Positions 25,336-38,822 of a stretch of DNA of 64,000 nucleotides are shown here, piece after piece. Below the pieces are notes generated by a model. The model saw nothing but the letters and a program-made list of their open reading frames with translations. It searched no databases and had not been told where the DNA came from. Every line of letters starts with the position of its first letter. Position 1 is the stretch's first letter. Origin of the DNA: Octopus vulgaris (lineage: Eukaryota); NCBI GenBank assembly GCA_951406725.2, contig OX597832.1:60822001-60886000 (forward strand), read 5' to 3'. Made by a program: the position numbers and the translations under genes.

Positions 25336-25970
25336 GCCTAAAAACCTACAAGGCAGTGACTGAAAGAGGTAAAATGTAAAAAGAAGTAACATGGCAGCAG
25401 CTGAGGCTGGAGCAGAATGAAACTTTTGCTCTGTCTTTTGATTCTCAATTTTGTTGTTTACCAAAAATGTTGTACATGAATGTCACTGATCCAATAGAGC
25501 TGGTTGGCTGGATTTAAAGCAGAGGGCCATAGTTTGTCTTCCTCTAATACATACACGCGCAAGCAAGCAAGCGCACACTCCGAGTTGGTGGATAAATACT
25601 CTTTGCTTGTTGGTTCACAAGGCTACCAATGGTCTTGTGTAGGTAGAAATCTATCGACAATTATCGAGCTTGCTAAATGGGAACGTTGGCAGCAGCTGCA
25701 TAAAATCATTGGTAGCCTCGTTAAATAAAGAATATTTATCCACCAATGCTGTGTTGAGCACTCATCCTCACTGTTCACTATTGTCGTGTGTGTGTATGTA
25801 TGTGTGTGTGTGTATGTGTGTATGTATATACATATACATATATATGTATACACATATATATATACATACACACACACATATATATATGTATTTAATGTAT
25901 TTATACAAATATATATATACATAAATACATATATATATATACATATAAACACACACACACATATATGTAT

Positions 25971-26025
<55 letters not shown>

Positions 26026-26053
26026 TATATACATACATGTATATATACATACG

Positions 26054-26093
<40 letters not shown>

Positions 26094-26096
26094 TGC

Positions 26097-26154
<58 letters not shown>

Positions 26155-26179
26155 ATGCATGCATGTATGTATGTATGTA

Positions 26180-26253
<74 letters not shown>

Positions 26254-26645
26254 TGTATGTATATTCGTTTGGACCGCTGTGAAAAGCAGAGGCTCGAAAT
26301 GTAAAAGGCTTTATTTTTCCGACCGATTGTTGTTCATATATCTGTTTTCGTCTTTTGTTTTTCTATAAATTTCAACTATATATATATATATATATATATT
26401 GTTATATCTGGGAATGATCATATCTACTTCCAGTTAACCACAAGTACTATACACTTATTCTTCAGCTTTATTATCACCCCTATTTAAATGTCCTTTGTGT
26501 GAGATCTTTCGTCACACATCCAGTGACATTTTCAGAATGGACTAAACAGAAGAGGAGACACACGTGAGACGGAAAATCATTGAAGTGGTCACAGGACGTG
26601 TGACGAAAGATTTCCAGACAATGGACATAAAATAATAGTAATAAC

Positions 26646-26686
<41 letters not shown>

Positions 26687-26720
26687 TAATAATAATAATA
26701 ATAATAATAATAAAGCTGAA

Positions 26721-27185
26721 AATTATGTTTGTTTTAAACCTTGAGATTACATAGAGAGTATTTTGCGTAGGATATGAGCAGTTCCCATGAGCACTATCTT
26801 TTGAACTTCTGCCATTTTTGGGTTTCCTGGTATCTGAGTTAGGTAGCTATCAGCCCCTTTTGCTATCATTCCCAGGGCACCTATGACAACAGGTATTGTT
26901 TTAGTCTTCAGCTTCCACATTTTGCTGATTTCTATTTCAAGATCTTTATATTTGCTCAGTTTTTGGTAGGTCTTGACAGATACGTTTATATCGATTGGGA
27001 CAGTCATATCAATGAGGAGGCATGTTCTTTGTTTGAAGTTTTTCAATATGATGTCTGGCCTATTTGCATCTATCTTCCTGTCAGTTTGAATGGTGAAGTT
27101 CCAGAGGAGTGAGATGTGGTCATTTTCAAGCACTGGGGGTGGTTTGTGTTCCCACCAGTTTTTTTCATGGGGCAAATCCAGGTTT

Positions 27186-27187
<2 letters not shown>
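26721..27187 (-). mobile_element. R4/Dong-like non-LTR retrotransposon fragment (restriction-like endonuclease domain)
   Basis: Open frame to the stop at 26747: WWEHKPPPVLENDHISLLWNFTIQTDRKIDANRPDIILK...LLIDMTVP...KLSKYKDL...PVVIGALG. Confidence 0.85.
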
Positions 27188-27217
<30 letters not shown>

Positions 27218-27424
27218 GCTGAAGTGAAGGCCTAGTGTATAATACTTGCGTTTAACTGACAAAAAAAAAATATGACCATCCCCATATACAACAATATCCG
27301 CTTCAACACACGATTTCACATCAGGGATCTTGCAGAACAAAAACATAAACGTGTGTGTGTGTGTGCTCGCGTATATTCACCATCATCATTATCATCTTCA
27401 TATATATACACATGCGCACATGTA

Positions 27425-27486
<62 letters not shown>

Positions 27487-27556
27487 GGAGTAAACACATA
27501 AATGTGAAACAAGGTGGAAAAAAAGAGTACTCAAATACCAGTGGTAGAGTAATATG

Positions 27557-27714
27557 CTTTATTTTAAGCAGCAGAAAATTCAACAAAATCTGTTACTCTG
27601 AGTTTCTCGTTGCCGTTCATCAGACAGTTTTTGCTAGCAAAAACTGTCTGATGAACGGCAACGAGAAACTCAGAGTAACAGATTTTGTTGAATTTTCTGC
27701 TGCTTAAAATAAAG
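27557..27714. repeat. Perfect 158-bp palindrome with two divergent hammerhead motifs (27590-27627 minus, 27644-27681 plus)
   Basis: 79-bp arms, no spacer, centre TTTTTGCT|AGCAAAAA between 27635 and 27636. Confidence 0.9.
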
Positions 27715-27716
27715 TG

Positions 27717-27770
<54 letters not shown>

Positions 27771-27814
27771 GTATACATGTATACATATTAATGTGTATAT
27801 GTTTCTCTGTGTGC

Positions 27815-27857
<43 letters not shown>

Positions 27858-28075
27858 CAGGCGTGGTAAGAAGCTTGCTTCCTAACCACATGGTTCCGGT
27901 TTCAGTTCCACTATGCGGCACATTGGGCAAGTGTCTTCTACTATAGCCTTGTGAGTGGATTTGGTAGACGGAAACTCAGAGAAGCCCGTTGTATATATAC
28001 ATATGTATATAAATACTGGGTAGATGTATTCGATGAACCTTCCCCAAAATTTCGGGCCTTGGTTAGATGTATTCG

Positions 28076-28110
<35 letters not shown>

Positions 28111-28184
28111 TTTTATATATATATTTATATATATTTTTTATATTTTATTTTTTTTTTTATTTTATTATTTTATTTTTATTTTTT

Positions 28185-28220
<36 letters not shown>

Positions 28221-28327
28221 TTTTTATTTTTTTTTTTTTTTATTTATCTATTCTTTCATCTAACTGGAACCTTCCCCCAAAATTTCGGGCCTTGTGACTA
28301 CAGTAGAAAAGAATAATTGGCAGATTA

Positions 28328-28370
<43 letters not shown>

Positions 28371-28375
<5 letters not shown>

Positions 28376-28574
28376 ATCCAAACAAGAAAACACAAAAAAA
28401 AAACCACAGCAACGCGAGGACGTGGAACAAATAAAGTATTATTGGACGCTCAGGAAAGAAGGGAAGAAGGAGGGTTTAACGTTTCGAGCGGAGCTCTTCG
28501 TCGGAAACAAAGGAGAAGGAAAGATCCCGAGAGGGGAAGACAGAGGAAAAAAATGCTGGCGGTGCTCACGAGGT

Positions 28575-28575
<1 letters not shown>
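28371..28575 (-). repeat. Penelope-LTR-like repeat with a mutated hammerhead (28474-28508)
   Basis: Homologous to 57573-57790; the core reads CCGACGA instead of CUGACGA. Confidence 0.6.
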
Positions 28576-28649
<74 letters not shown>

Positions 28650-28985
28650 TTGTGTGTGTCTTTGTGACTGTGTTTGTTGCCCACCACCATCGATACAATA
28701 GGTACTAGGCTTGTCGATTTCATCGAATAAAACTCCTTTCAGGCGATGTCCCAGTATGGCCGCAGTGAAATGACTGAAACAAGTAAAAGAATAAAAGAAT
28801 ATATATATATATGTATGTATGTATTCTTTCATTCTTCTATTTCTTTACTTGTTTCAATCATTTGACTGCATCCATGCTGGAGCACCGCCTTTAGTCGAAC
28901 AAGCACAGATAGATAGATACATACATACATACACACATACGCATATATATATATATATACATATACTTTGATAGGTTTCGGCCAG

Positions 28986-29044
<59 letters not shown>

Positions 29045-29852
29045 CCCCAGCATGACCACAGCTCGTGAGCTGAAACTAGATGAAATTGAAAAATTGAAAA
29101 ATATATACGACCAGCTTCTTTCAGTTTCCGTTTACCAAATACACTTACAAAGTTTTGGATGGCCCGAGGATATAGCAGAAGACAGACGCCCAAGGTGTCA
29201 CGCAGTGGGACTGAACCCGGAACCATGTGGCTGGTAAGCTATTATGGTACAATAGAAACGAGAAACAGTGAGCAATAAGGAAGTCTTCAGCTTCTAATAG
29301 TCGCAGATAGACACACTGAACCACACACACACACACAGAGGCATGCATGCATGTTTAGATTATCAAATATATTTCTGTAATATATTATTTGTACCTAAGT
29401 CAATCAGATGAAGAGAGAGAGAGAGAGAGAGAGAGGAGGGAACACCGAACGAAAAATGCGTTGAAATTCGATACCGAAACGACATTCATTCGAAACGTGC
29501 CGCCGTTTCAATCGCTCCGCCACCGCCGTGCGTCCTTATAATATTTTAAACAATAGAAATATTAAAATCTGCAAGCAAATAATTGCTATCCATTTCTGTC
29601 AGGCAAATTAGATATGGAAATATTTCTTGTAAATAACGCTTCTAAACAATGCAAGGGGGCAAATCTCTTTTTAATTCGTCTCTCTTTGTACGTTCCCTTA
29701 ATTCTTTGTTTCCTTCGTTAATTCTATTATGTGCGTGTGTGGAGGTGTGTGTACACACGTTTCCCTCCATTCTCTCTCCACACACACACACAATGTAATG
29801 CATACATGTGTGTATGTGTGGTGTGTGTATTTTATATGCACACGCATTTATG

Positions 29853-29919
<67 letters not shown>

Positions 29920-29998
29920 CAATAATATATTTCTGTGTGTATGTACACACACACACACACACACATACACAGACACACACACACACAGACACGCGCAC

Positions 29999-30045
<47 letters not shown>

Positions 30046-30084
30046 AACATATTTCTATCAATAATTGGCAGATTGATAAAGCAG

Positions 30085-30400
30085 CGGGCTGGCGGAAACG
30101 TTAGCACGCCGGGCGAAATGCTTAGCAGTATTTCGTCTGCCGCTACGTTCTGAGTTCAAATCCCGCCGAGGTCGACTTTGCCTTTCATCCTTTCGGGGTC
30201 GATTAAATAAGTACCAGTTACGTACTGGAGTCGATATAATCGACTTAATCCGTTTGTCTGTCTCTGTTTGTCCCCTCTGTGTTTAACCCCTTATGGGTAG
30301 TAAAGAAATAGGTATTTCGTCATCCTTTACGTTCTGAGTTCAGATTCCGCCGAGGTCGACTTTGCCCTTCGGGGTCGATAAATTAAGTACCAGTTACCTA
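30085..30400 (+). mobile_element. Family B SINE with an internally repeated core
   Basis: TACGTTCTGAGTTCA.AT.CCGCCGAGGTCGACTTTGCC occurs twice. Confidence 0.8.
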
Positions 30401-30454
30401 GTGGCTTAGATGTATTCGAAAATAGAGTAGAAAAGAATAACTGGCAGATTTTAT

Positions 30455-30875
30455 AGTCGCAGGAGTGACTGTGTGGTAAGTAGCTTGTTTACCAACCACA
30501 TGGTTCCGAGTTCAGTCCCACAGCGTGGCATCTTGGGCAAGTGTTTTCTCCTATAGCCTTGGGCCGACCAAAGCCTTGTGAGTGGATTTGGTAAACGGAA
30601 ACTGAAAGAAGCCCGTCGTGTGTTTTGTGTATGTACATATATATATACGTGTGTGTGTGTGTGTGTTTGTCCCCCCACCCCCACCAATAACATCATTTGA
30701 CAACCAATGCTAGTGTGTTTACGCCGCTGCGTCCTAGCAGTTCAGCAAAAGAGACCGATACAGTAAGTACTAGGCTTGCAAAGAGCATGTTCTACAGTCG
30801 ATTTGCTCGACTCAAAGGCGGTGCTCCAGCTTGGCCGCAGTTAAATGACTGAAACAAATAAAGAGAATAAAAGAA
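30455..30875 (+). mobile_element. SINE family A, near full length
   Basis: GCAGGAGTGACTGTGTGGTAAGTAGCTTG...AAATGACTGAAACAAATAAAG. Confidence 0.85.
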
Positions 30876-30949
30876 TATGCACTTAAGTTCTATTTTACTT
30901 ATCACATCAGCAAACATATACATACACATATACATATATACATACATGC

Positions 30950-31028
<79 letters not shown>

Positions 31029-31082
31029 ACTGTCCTCTCGCACCCGCACGCACATACGCATACGCATACGCACACACACAGC

Positions 31083-31124
<42 letters not shown>

Positions 31125-31306
31125 TTCCCCACACATTCATTATATATTATAATCAGTCACCGGGCACTATTATCATTTTTATTCTCTTACCATCATCATC
31201 ATTATCTTCAGCATCATTATTATTATATTTCAAAATTATTCATCCCCAGCTCCTCACCTGTTTTGATCGTGTTTTCTCATTGTATTTATTATCATCATCA
31301 TCATCA

Positions 31307-31380
<74 letters not shown>

Positions 31381-31750
31381 GTCATCATTTGCAAGTTAAG
31401 CGTTGTAAAAGTTATTGTTTCCTCTAACAAAAACAAGTCAATTGAGAAACATGTGATTGTGTTTTGTTGTGAAGAGTAAAAGTAGTTTTTATTGTTGTTA
31501 ATTGTGTCATTTTTTCTATCATTTATATATTTTTCTATTACTCTATTTTGTCTTCCTTTTATTTATTCATATTTATACATTTTATATATGGTATGTTTTT
31601 TTATTTTTATTCCGTAGCTATTTTAAAATCATTTCGTCACTTAAATGGTTTTCGGTGTCACAACAAATAAAGGATATGCAACTTTAACAAGGGAGATAAT
31701 TACAGCTTACTCGTATTTCACACACACACACCTATTCACGCACTTTCACC

Positions 31751-31787
<37 letters not shown>

Positions 31788-32041
31788 ACTCTATCTTTCT
31801 CTTTTCCTTCTCTCTCGCTTTTCTTTCACTCTTTCTCTCCCACTCTTTGTATCTTTCTCTCTTTCTCTCTCTCTCTCTTCTCTATGTAATCTACGTGATC
31901 CATTTAAGCTACTTGACGCTTTCTTCCAATCTATTACATCCGCGCACGCTTTATTCCTACTCTTTCATTACACTCACGCTCAGACACAGACTGACACATG
32001 CGCGCCGGCATGCACGCACGCATGCACACATACGCACACAT

Positions 32042-32107
<66 letters not shown>

Positions 32108-32173
32108 AGGGTCATTTCCTTCTCTTTATCTGTCTATGAAGTTCAAGTACTTTGCCGCTTTGCAGGTTTCTCT

Positions 32174-32244
<71 letters not shown>

Positions 32245-32337
32245 CATACATACATATATACATACATATATATATATGTGCGTGTGTGTGTGTGTATATC
32301 TATATTTTTATATATATGTTTATATACATATATCTAC

Positions 32338-32369
<32 letters not shown>

Positions 32370-33451
32370 TTATATATATATATGTATATATATATTTATA
32401 TATATACATGTAAATATATATATGTGTGTGTGTGTGTATGTATGTTTGTATATAAACATCTATCTATCTATCTACATACATACATATTTATATATATATA
32501 TATATACATACATATATATATATATATACACACACATCTATCTATTTGTCTGTGTCTCCTTCTCTCTCTTTCTCCCTTCCCCCTCTCTGTCTCTAATACA
32601 CGCACACGCACACACATACTCACTGACACAGACACACACATACACACATACACACTCAACGACTTAATACGCGAATAGGGCTTCGTGGGAGACAAAATGA
32701 GATAAGGTGGCGAAGAAGAAGAAGAAGAAGGATGGCGGCGAGGCCGAGGATGTGCCGTTACGTGAGAGACCGACCCACGGATGATGGTGATGAGAGAGTA
32801 AAGGGTAGGGGGGAAAGAATGAGAGAGGTGGGGTGTCGGCGAAGGAGAAAGAAAAGGGGACAAAAACGGAAAAAGATATATTGGGTATAAGATTTAGGGA
32901 AGGGGCCGAAAAAGGAAAGAACCACTGGGCAGTATGTATCTATATGTGTAATAATAACCAGTGCCCTGACCTCGTAACATGCATTTAAGAGCTTCTATAC
33001 CGACCGTTCTTGGCCAGCAAGGTATTTTCCAAGGCTGGACAAACATATGGAACTCCGCTATTGTATGAGATTAATATAAGAATAATGTTACACGAGAATG
33101 GAATATACCAGGCTTTGTACATACATACAAACTTTACATTAATCTCGAAAGGTAGAAAAGGCATTTAACTCCTATTTCTAAATTCAGTGCATGGCGAAGC
33201 AATTAGCTGACCCCTGATTATAATTACGTTTAAAATTACAGAATATTTATATATATCAAAAGGGAAATGGAATTTAATTAAATTTAAAATATTCAATCAA
33301 AATTTACATTTCCAGTGGTCTAACGTGCAAAACATTAGTCAAGAAGACTATATATTAATTATACGACTTATCCGTTATTGTTGTGGTTCTCTAATGTGTT
33401 GAATTTTCACTCTAAGTGTGGATTCCTTATGTGTATAAATATACACTATCG

Positions 33452-33487
<36 letters not shown>

Positions 33488-34017
33488 GAGGAAAAATTAT
33501 AATAAGGCAGAATGCTAAATTGAAAGTAAATTTTTAAAAAAATGGGTGTATGAAAAATTAAAAAAGAAAAAATAATAAATCAAACCGTCTTTTATTGCAA
33601 GGCAAATTTTCAAGATTTGGAATGGGAAAAAAAACTTTATTTTAAAATTTAGGAAGGGGAAAAAAGAAATTCACAATGTTTTTTTCTCAAAAAAATAATA
33701 ATACATATATACAAAAATTAATAAATAAGTATACCAATCCATTGTGGAGTCTTTATGCTTTTAGAGTTCAATAATAGTCCTTGGAAAAACTTTGGAGGAG
33801 GATTAGGATGCATGTGTTTAAATGTAGTGTACATTTTGAAAGAGTGGAGTGATTGTGTGTCAATACAGGGAATGGGGTAGGAGTTATCCAGTTCCTGTGA
33901 GTAAGGGGAGACAATTCTGTGGATTTTATGCTCTTTAATTGGAATGATGGATTTTTTGTCAAACAGGATGCTTATATCAATTTTTTGTCAGAAAGGATGC
34001 TAGAAAAAGGAGTATGG

Positions 34018-34500
34018 TCACCGTGGAGTTTGCATTTTAAGACGAGTTTGGAATTTTTCAATAAAAAGGTTCTCCTTGTTGATTCTTTCTTGTGTAGAGA
34101 TTCTGTCTTTACATTGGTAGAACGGGAATATGTGAAATTTGGGATTTTTATCTCTAGCGCAAGAGTCTATGTGGATACTGAGTGGAATTTGACGGTATTG
34201 TGGGAAATTTATCTGTTCTTTATGGACTGCTAGTCTTCTGCGTAAGGGAAGGCTCGTTTGTCCAACATAATTGTGTTGGCAATCGGCGCATGTGAGAACG
34301 TAGATGAGGTTCCCGGAGGAACTAGAGAAGTTGGTCTTGATTTTAAACTTTGTTCCTTGTTTGAAAGTAAATTCAGAGCCTTCAAGTAAGAAGGAGCAGG
34401 TATCACAGTTAGGGCGTGCACATTTTTTGACTGAAGGGGGTGGATGTGGTTGTGAAGTTTGGCATTTGTTAAGAGTTTTTCAAAGATTTATGTTGCCTTT
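34018..34500 (-). pseudogene. Penelope-like element, GIY-YIG endonuclease domain (5'-truncated)
   Basis: Manual translation, frame open 34479 to 34018: VKKCARPNCDTCSFLLEGSEF...GNLIYVLTCADCQHNYVGQTSLPLRRRLAVHKEQI...IHIDSC...ERINKENLFIEKFQTRL. Confidence 0.85.
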
Positions 34501-34544
34501 GCAAAGGGAAGCCATTCTTCCCATCTGGAACCTGACATGATACA

Positions 34545-34825
34545 CACGGACTCTAGTTATCTGTCGGGCGTTGACCGACGAACAATTAGCTAAGAATTTT
34601 CCGTTATTTATGTTTCTGTGAATTTTTATATATATATACCCCACGCCACACACACGGAGTATCTTTTGGACGTTGACCGAAAAGCAATTAGCTAAGACTT
34701 TTCCGTTATTTATGTTTCTGTGAACTTATATATATATATACCCATATACGGAGTATCTTTTGGACGTTGACCGATGAGCAATTATCTAAGAATTTTCCGT
34801 TTGTTGTTTCTGTGAATTTATATCT
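34545..34825. repeat. Three tandem ~94-102-bp units
   Basis: CGTTGACCGA...CAATTA.CTAAGA.TTTTCCGTT...TTTCTGTGAA starts at 34569, 34671 and 34765. Confidence 0.85.
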
Positions 34826-34914
34826 AAACCTATATCTTTATATATAGACAGATGTAGTAACATAAGAATTCAGATAGAATCTGCAATTATCCATCGTCCG
34901 TTATTATTCATTCG

Positions 34915-34970
<56 letters not shown>

Positions 34971-34996
34971 AGTGTGTGTGTGTGTGTGTGTGTGTT

Positions 34997-35250
34997 TAGA
35001 ACAGCGGACTCGCGGTCGAGGGATCGCGGATTCGAATCTCAGACCGGGCGATGTGTGTGTGTATGAACGAAACAGAAGGTAATGGCGAACTTCTGCTGAC
35101 TCTTTCGCCACAACTTTCTCCTCCTGCATCTTGCAGCTCACCTGCGACGGACCGGCGTCCCGTCCAGTTGGAGAACCTATACGCCAAGGAAACTGGGAAA
35201 CTGGTCCAATGAACCAGACATGGCTTGAGAAGGGACAAACAACAAAACAA
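34997..35250 (+). mobile_element. tRNA-derived SINE, head H1 (clipped), tail type 3
   Basis: CAGCGGACTCGCGGTCGAGGGATCGCGGATTCGAATCTCAGACCGGGCG, then CCTGCGACGGACCGGCGTCCCGTCCAG...GAAACTGGGAAAC...(CAA)n. Confidence 0.7.
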
Positions 35251-35669
35251 TGTATGTATGTATGCATGCATACATCAAGACGGCAAATGGGATTTTTTAA
35301 TGTAAACTCCAAGCCTGGAACCTTCCCAATGTCAGACCATGAAGCTACATTTTGGTGAAGCTGCATGGGCCTATAATTTCAAGTTCATCTTATGTGTATA
35401 CTTCTGCGTGCGTCTACACGTATATGTATGGGTATGAATATGTGCGTATATATACAGGTGCGCTTGCATACGGTATATACACGGATGTGTGGATCTCGAC
35501 CCTCCCATGGTGCCCTTAATATGAAAATACCTTGATTGAAACGAATGATTAATAACACTTTTATTTTATTGAATGATATCCAACACCTGAATACCCGTAA
35601 TTACATGCTTCAAGATCCACTATTCCAGAATAAAAACAAGAAAAAGGAAAAGAATTATATATATTCGTG

Positions 35670-36266
35670 AAGGCATGGCTGTGTGTTAAGAAGCTCGCTT
35701 CCCAACTACGTGGTTCCGGGTTCAGTCCCACTGCCTGGCAAATGTCTTCGACTATAACTTCGAGCTGAACAAAGCCTTGTGAGTGGATTTGGCAGATGGA
35801 AGCTAAAAGAAGCCTGTTATGTGTGTGTGTGTGTGTGTGTGTATGTGTGTGTGTGTGTTCTTTTACTTGTTTCAGCGATTTGACTGCGGCCATGCTAGAT
35901 CACTGCCTTTAGTCGAACAAATCGACCCCAGGACTAATTCTTTGTAAGCCTAGTAATTATTCTGTTGGTCTCTTAGGCTGAACCGCTAAGTTACGCTAAC
36001 CCTAACCCTTACCCTAAACACATCAGCATCGGTGTCAAGCAATGGCGAGGGGAATAACACAGACACATAAATACATACACCCACCCATATATATATATAT
36101 ATATATATATACGACAGGCTTATTTCAGTTTCCGTCTACCAAATCCACTAACAAAGAGTTAGTTGGCCCGAGGCTATAGTAGAGGACACTTGCCCAAGGT
36201 GGTACACAGTGGGACTGAACCCGGAACCATATGGTTGGGAAGTAACACAACACAACCACTCCTGCA

Positions 36267-36302
<36 letters not shown>

Positions 36303-36550
36303 TGTATGTATGTATGTATGTATGTATGTATGTATGTCTGTGTGTGTGTCTGTGTGTCCATACTGCTTGACAACCAGCGTTGGTGTGTTTACGTCCCCGT
36401 AAATTAGTGTTTCAGCAAAAAAGATCGATAGAATAAGTAATAGGCTTACAAAGAATAAGTCCTGGGGTCGATTTGTTTGACTAAAACTCTTCAAGGTTGT
36501 GCTCCAGCATGGCCGCAATAAAATTGCTGAAACAAGTATAAGAATAAAAG
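35670..36550. mobile_element. Family A SINE (+) split by an antiparallel family A copy (35858-36265, -)
   Basis: The 5' half (35670-35857) and 3' half (36335-36550) flank a near-complete reverse copy. Confidence 0.75.
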
Positions 36551-37224
36551 AATAAGAGAATATATATGAATGATTGCAAAACGTATTCCTTAACCATTTT
36601 GTCCATCCCTATGTCCTAGATATATTATGGTAGGGAACAACAACAAAAGCAACATCGTTGACAACAGACTTAACAAATTCTTTAACACTTTAGCTACAGT
36701 GCCAAAGCATCAATAACATACATGAAATTATCTAAACCTTTCTGATATTGTCAAGTCTGAGACCCCCTCTGGTTCTTCGATAGAAGGCTTTTAATTTTAA
36801 AGTCATCATATTTACATTACAATCTTTTCACCATTATTCTATATGAGAAGCTTTTGTTAAATTCTGTTTCCAAACATCAGCATAATAATGAATAAGTAAA
36901 AAGAAGTTTGATATTTCACGAAAACCACCCAAATTCTTGGTTATTTTCAAAATTAATTGAAATACACAGCGAGTGTATTTCACCAAAAATAGGATTTTAA
37001 CAAAGGAGTTAAAACTCGAAATGTTCAGAAAATATTGTAGCAACACCTTTCTATGCTGTTAAATATCAGTCATGAAAATTATGTTCCTACAATGAGGGAG
37101 AAGATGGCTTTGGAAATAGGAAATTCAAATAACTAAGTGAGAGATAGCAGCTAGCTGTCATAACCATAGGTGATACTCTGCCTTTCGTAGTGAGTAACTT
37201 TCTTTTCTGTACTTAGTGCAATGT

Positions 37225-37276
<52 letters not shown>

Positions 37277-37739
37277 CTTTATGTACGTATGTATGTAGGT
37301 GTGTATATTAACAACGTCGTTGTCATCATCATTGTCATCATCATCATCATCGTCGTCGTCGCCGTCATCTTTTAACCAATTCTGTTGGTTAAACCAAAAC
37401 GCCTCTCATTCATCGTGAAAGGCAGACAGTATGATGCTTGTGTAAGAACTGCAATGCAATGCCGTAATAGTAGTGAGATGTCAGCCCTAAATAGAGAGGA
37501 CCCACAAAGACTAAAAAAAACAAAATGAGAGAGAAGCAAGCCTACTCTACTGGATGTGCATTGTGAGTGGAGTGTAAATGTTTTGAGAGAAAACTGGACA
37601 AAAATGTATCAGTGTTGAGTGCAAGAAAGAAAAACAAGATTACTTTGAGCTGGGATGGATTGAGTCAGCTCTGACCAGTGAGTTCAATAAAACCGTCGCA
37701 AATGCTGACCACTTCCAAATTGAAAATTTGATAAGCGTA

Positions 37740-38200
37740 AAGATAGACGAAATACTTATTTCTTTACTACCCACACGGGGACAAACAAGGAAAGACAAAC
37801 GGATTAAGTCGATTATATCGACCCCAGTGCGTAACTGGTACTTATTTAATCGACCCCGAAGGAATGAAAGGTAAAGTCGACCTCGGCGGAATTTGAACTC
37901 AGAACGTAGCGGCAGACGAAATACCACTAAGCATTTCTCCCGGCGTGCTAACGTTTCTGCCAGCTCGCTGCCTTTAAATAATCTTTACTCTAGGCGCAAG
38001 GCCCGAAATTTTGGGGGAGGGAGCCAGTCGGTTAGATCGACCCCAGTACGCAACTGGTACTTAATTTATCGACCCTGAAAGGATGAAAGGATGAAAGGCA
38101 AAGTCGACCTCGACGGAATAGAAACTCAGAATGTAAAGACAGACGAAATACTGCTAATCATTTCGCCCGGTGTGCTAACAATTTTGCCAGCTCGCCGCCT
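37740..38200 (-). mobile_element. Two tandem family B SINEs
   Basis: Two CGACCCY.GAAAGGA...AAAGTCGACCTCG cores, each ending TGCCAGCTCGC. Confidence 0.8.
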
Positions 38201-38732
38201 TGGCCCACCTACATATAATAACACACCAATGACTGAGATACTGAAAACATAATGTATGGACACTTCGTATGCACACAAAAGAAGCTGGGGGAAATACTAT
38301 GTGTGTACACACTGTATGCATACGATTGGGTTGCTTATCCAATGTCCTTGTTGAGCCTACAACTATTACTTTCTCACTCTTTCTTCAGGCCATGCTGAGA
38401 TGAGCTGGTTGGTTCAACAGGAAGTGACTACTCAGAACACAACATCAACCTCCAATGTTTGGTTCTGCTTTAGCATGGTTTCTACAGCTGGATGCCCTTC
38501 GTAATGTGAATCACTTTACAGAGTGCACTGGGTGCTTTTATTTCCACGGCAGCAGTAGTAGTGAGTCAGGTTAGTAACTGGCAAGACTTGAAAAGCTACC
38601 CCATCAGCTGAGGTGGAGTGAGAGTAGAGTAGAGGGAGCAACAGCTTACATTGAATACATGGTAGCTGATGTATATATATACACACACACACACATATAT
38701 ATATATATGTGTATACACACACACACACACAC

Positions 38733-38819
<87 letters not shown>

Positions 38820-38822
<3 letters not shown>

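Noticed and set aside
28080-28250. Long T-rich tract between duplicated SINE-tail fragments
   Set aside because: Looks like low-quality or degenerate sequence; no structure to interpret.
32670-32890. CpG-rich patch with GATGGCGGCG (YY1/Kozak-like) and a short ORF
   Set aside because: The ORF is purine-repeat-driven and there is no clear donor site; it cannot be supported.
35995-36016. CTAACCCTAACCCTTACCCTAA telomeric-like tract
   Set aside because: Only about three units inside a SINE; not a telomere or fusion site.
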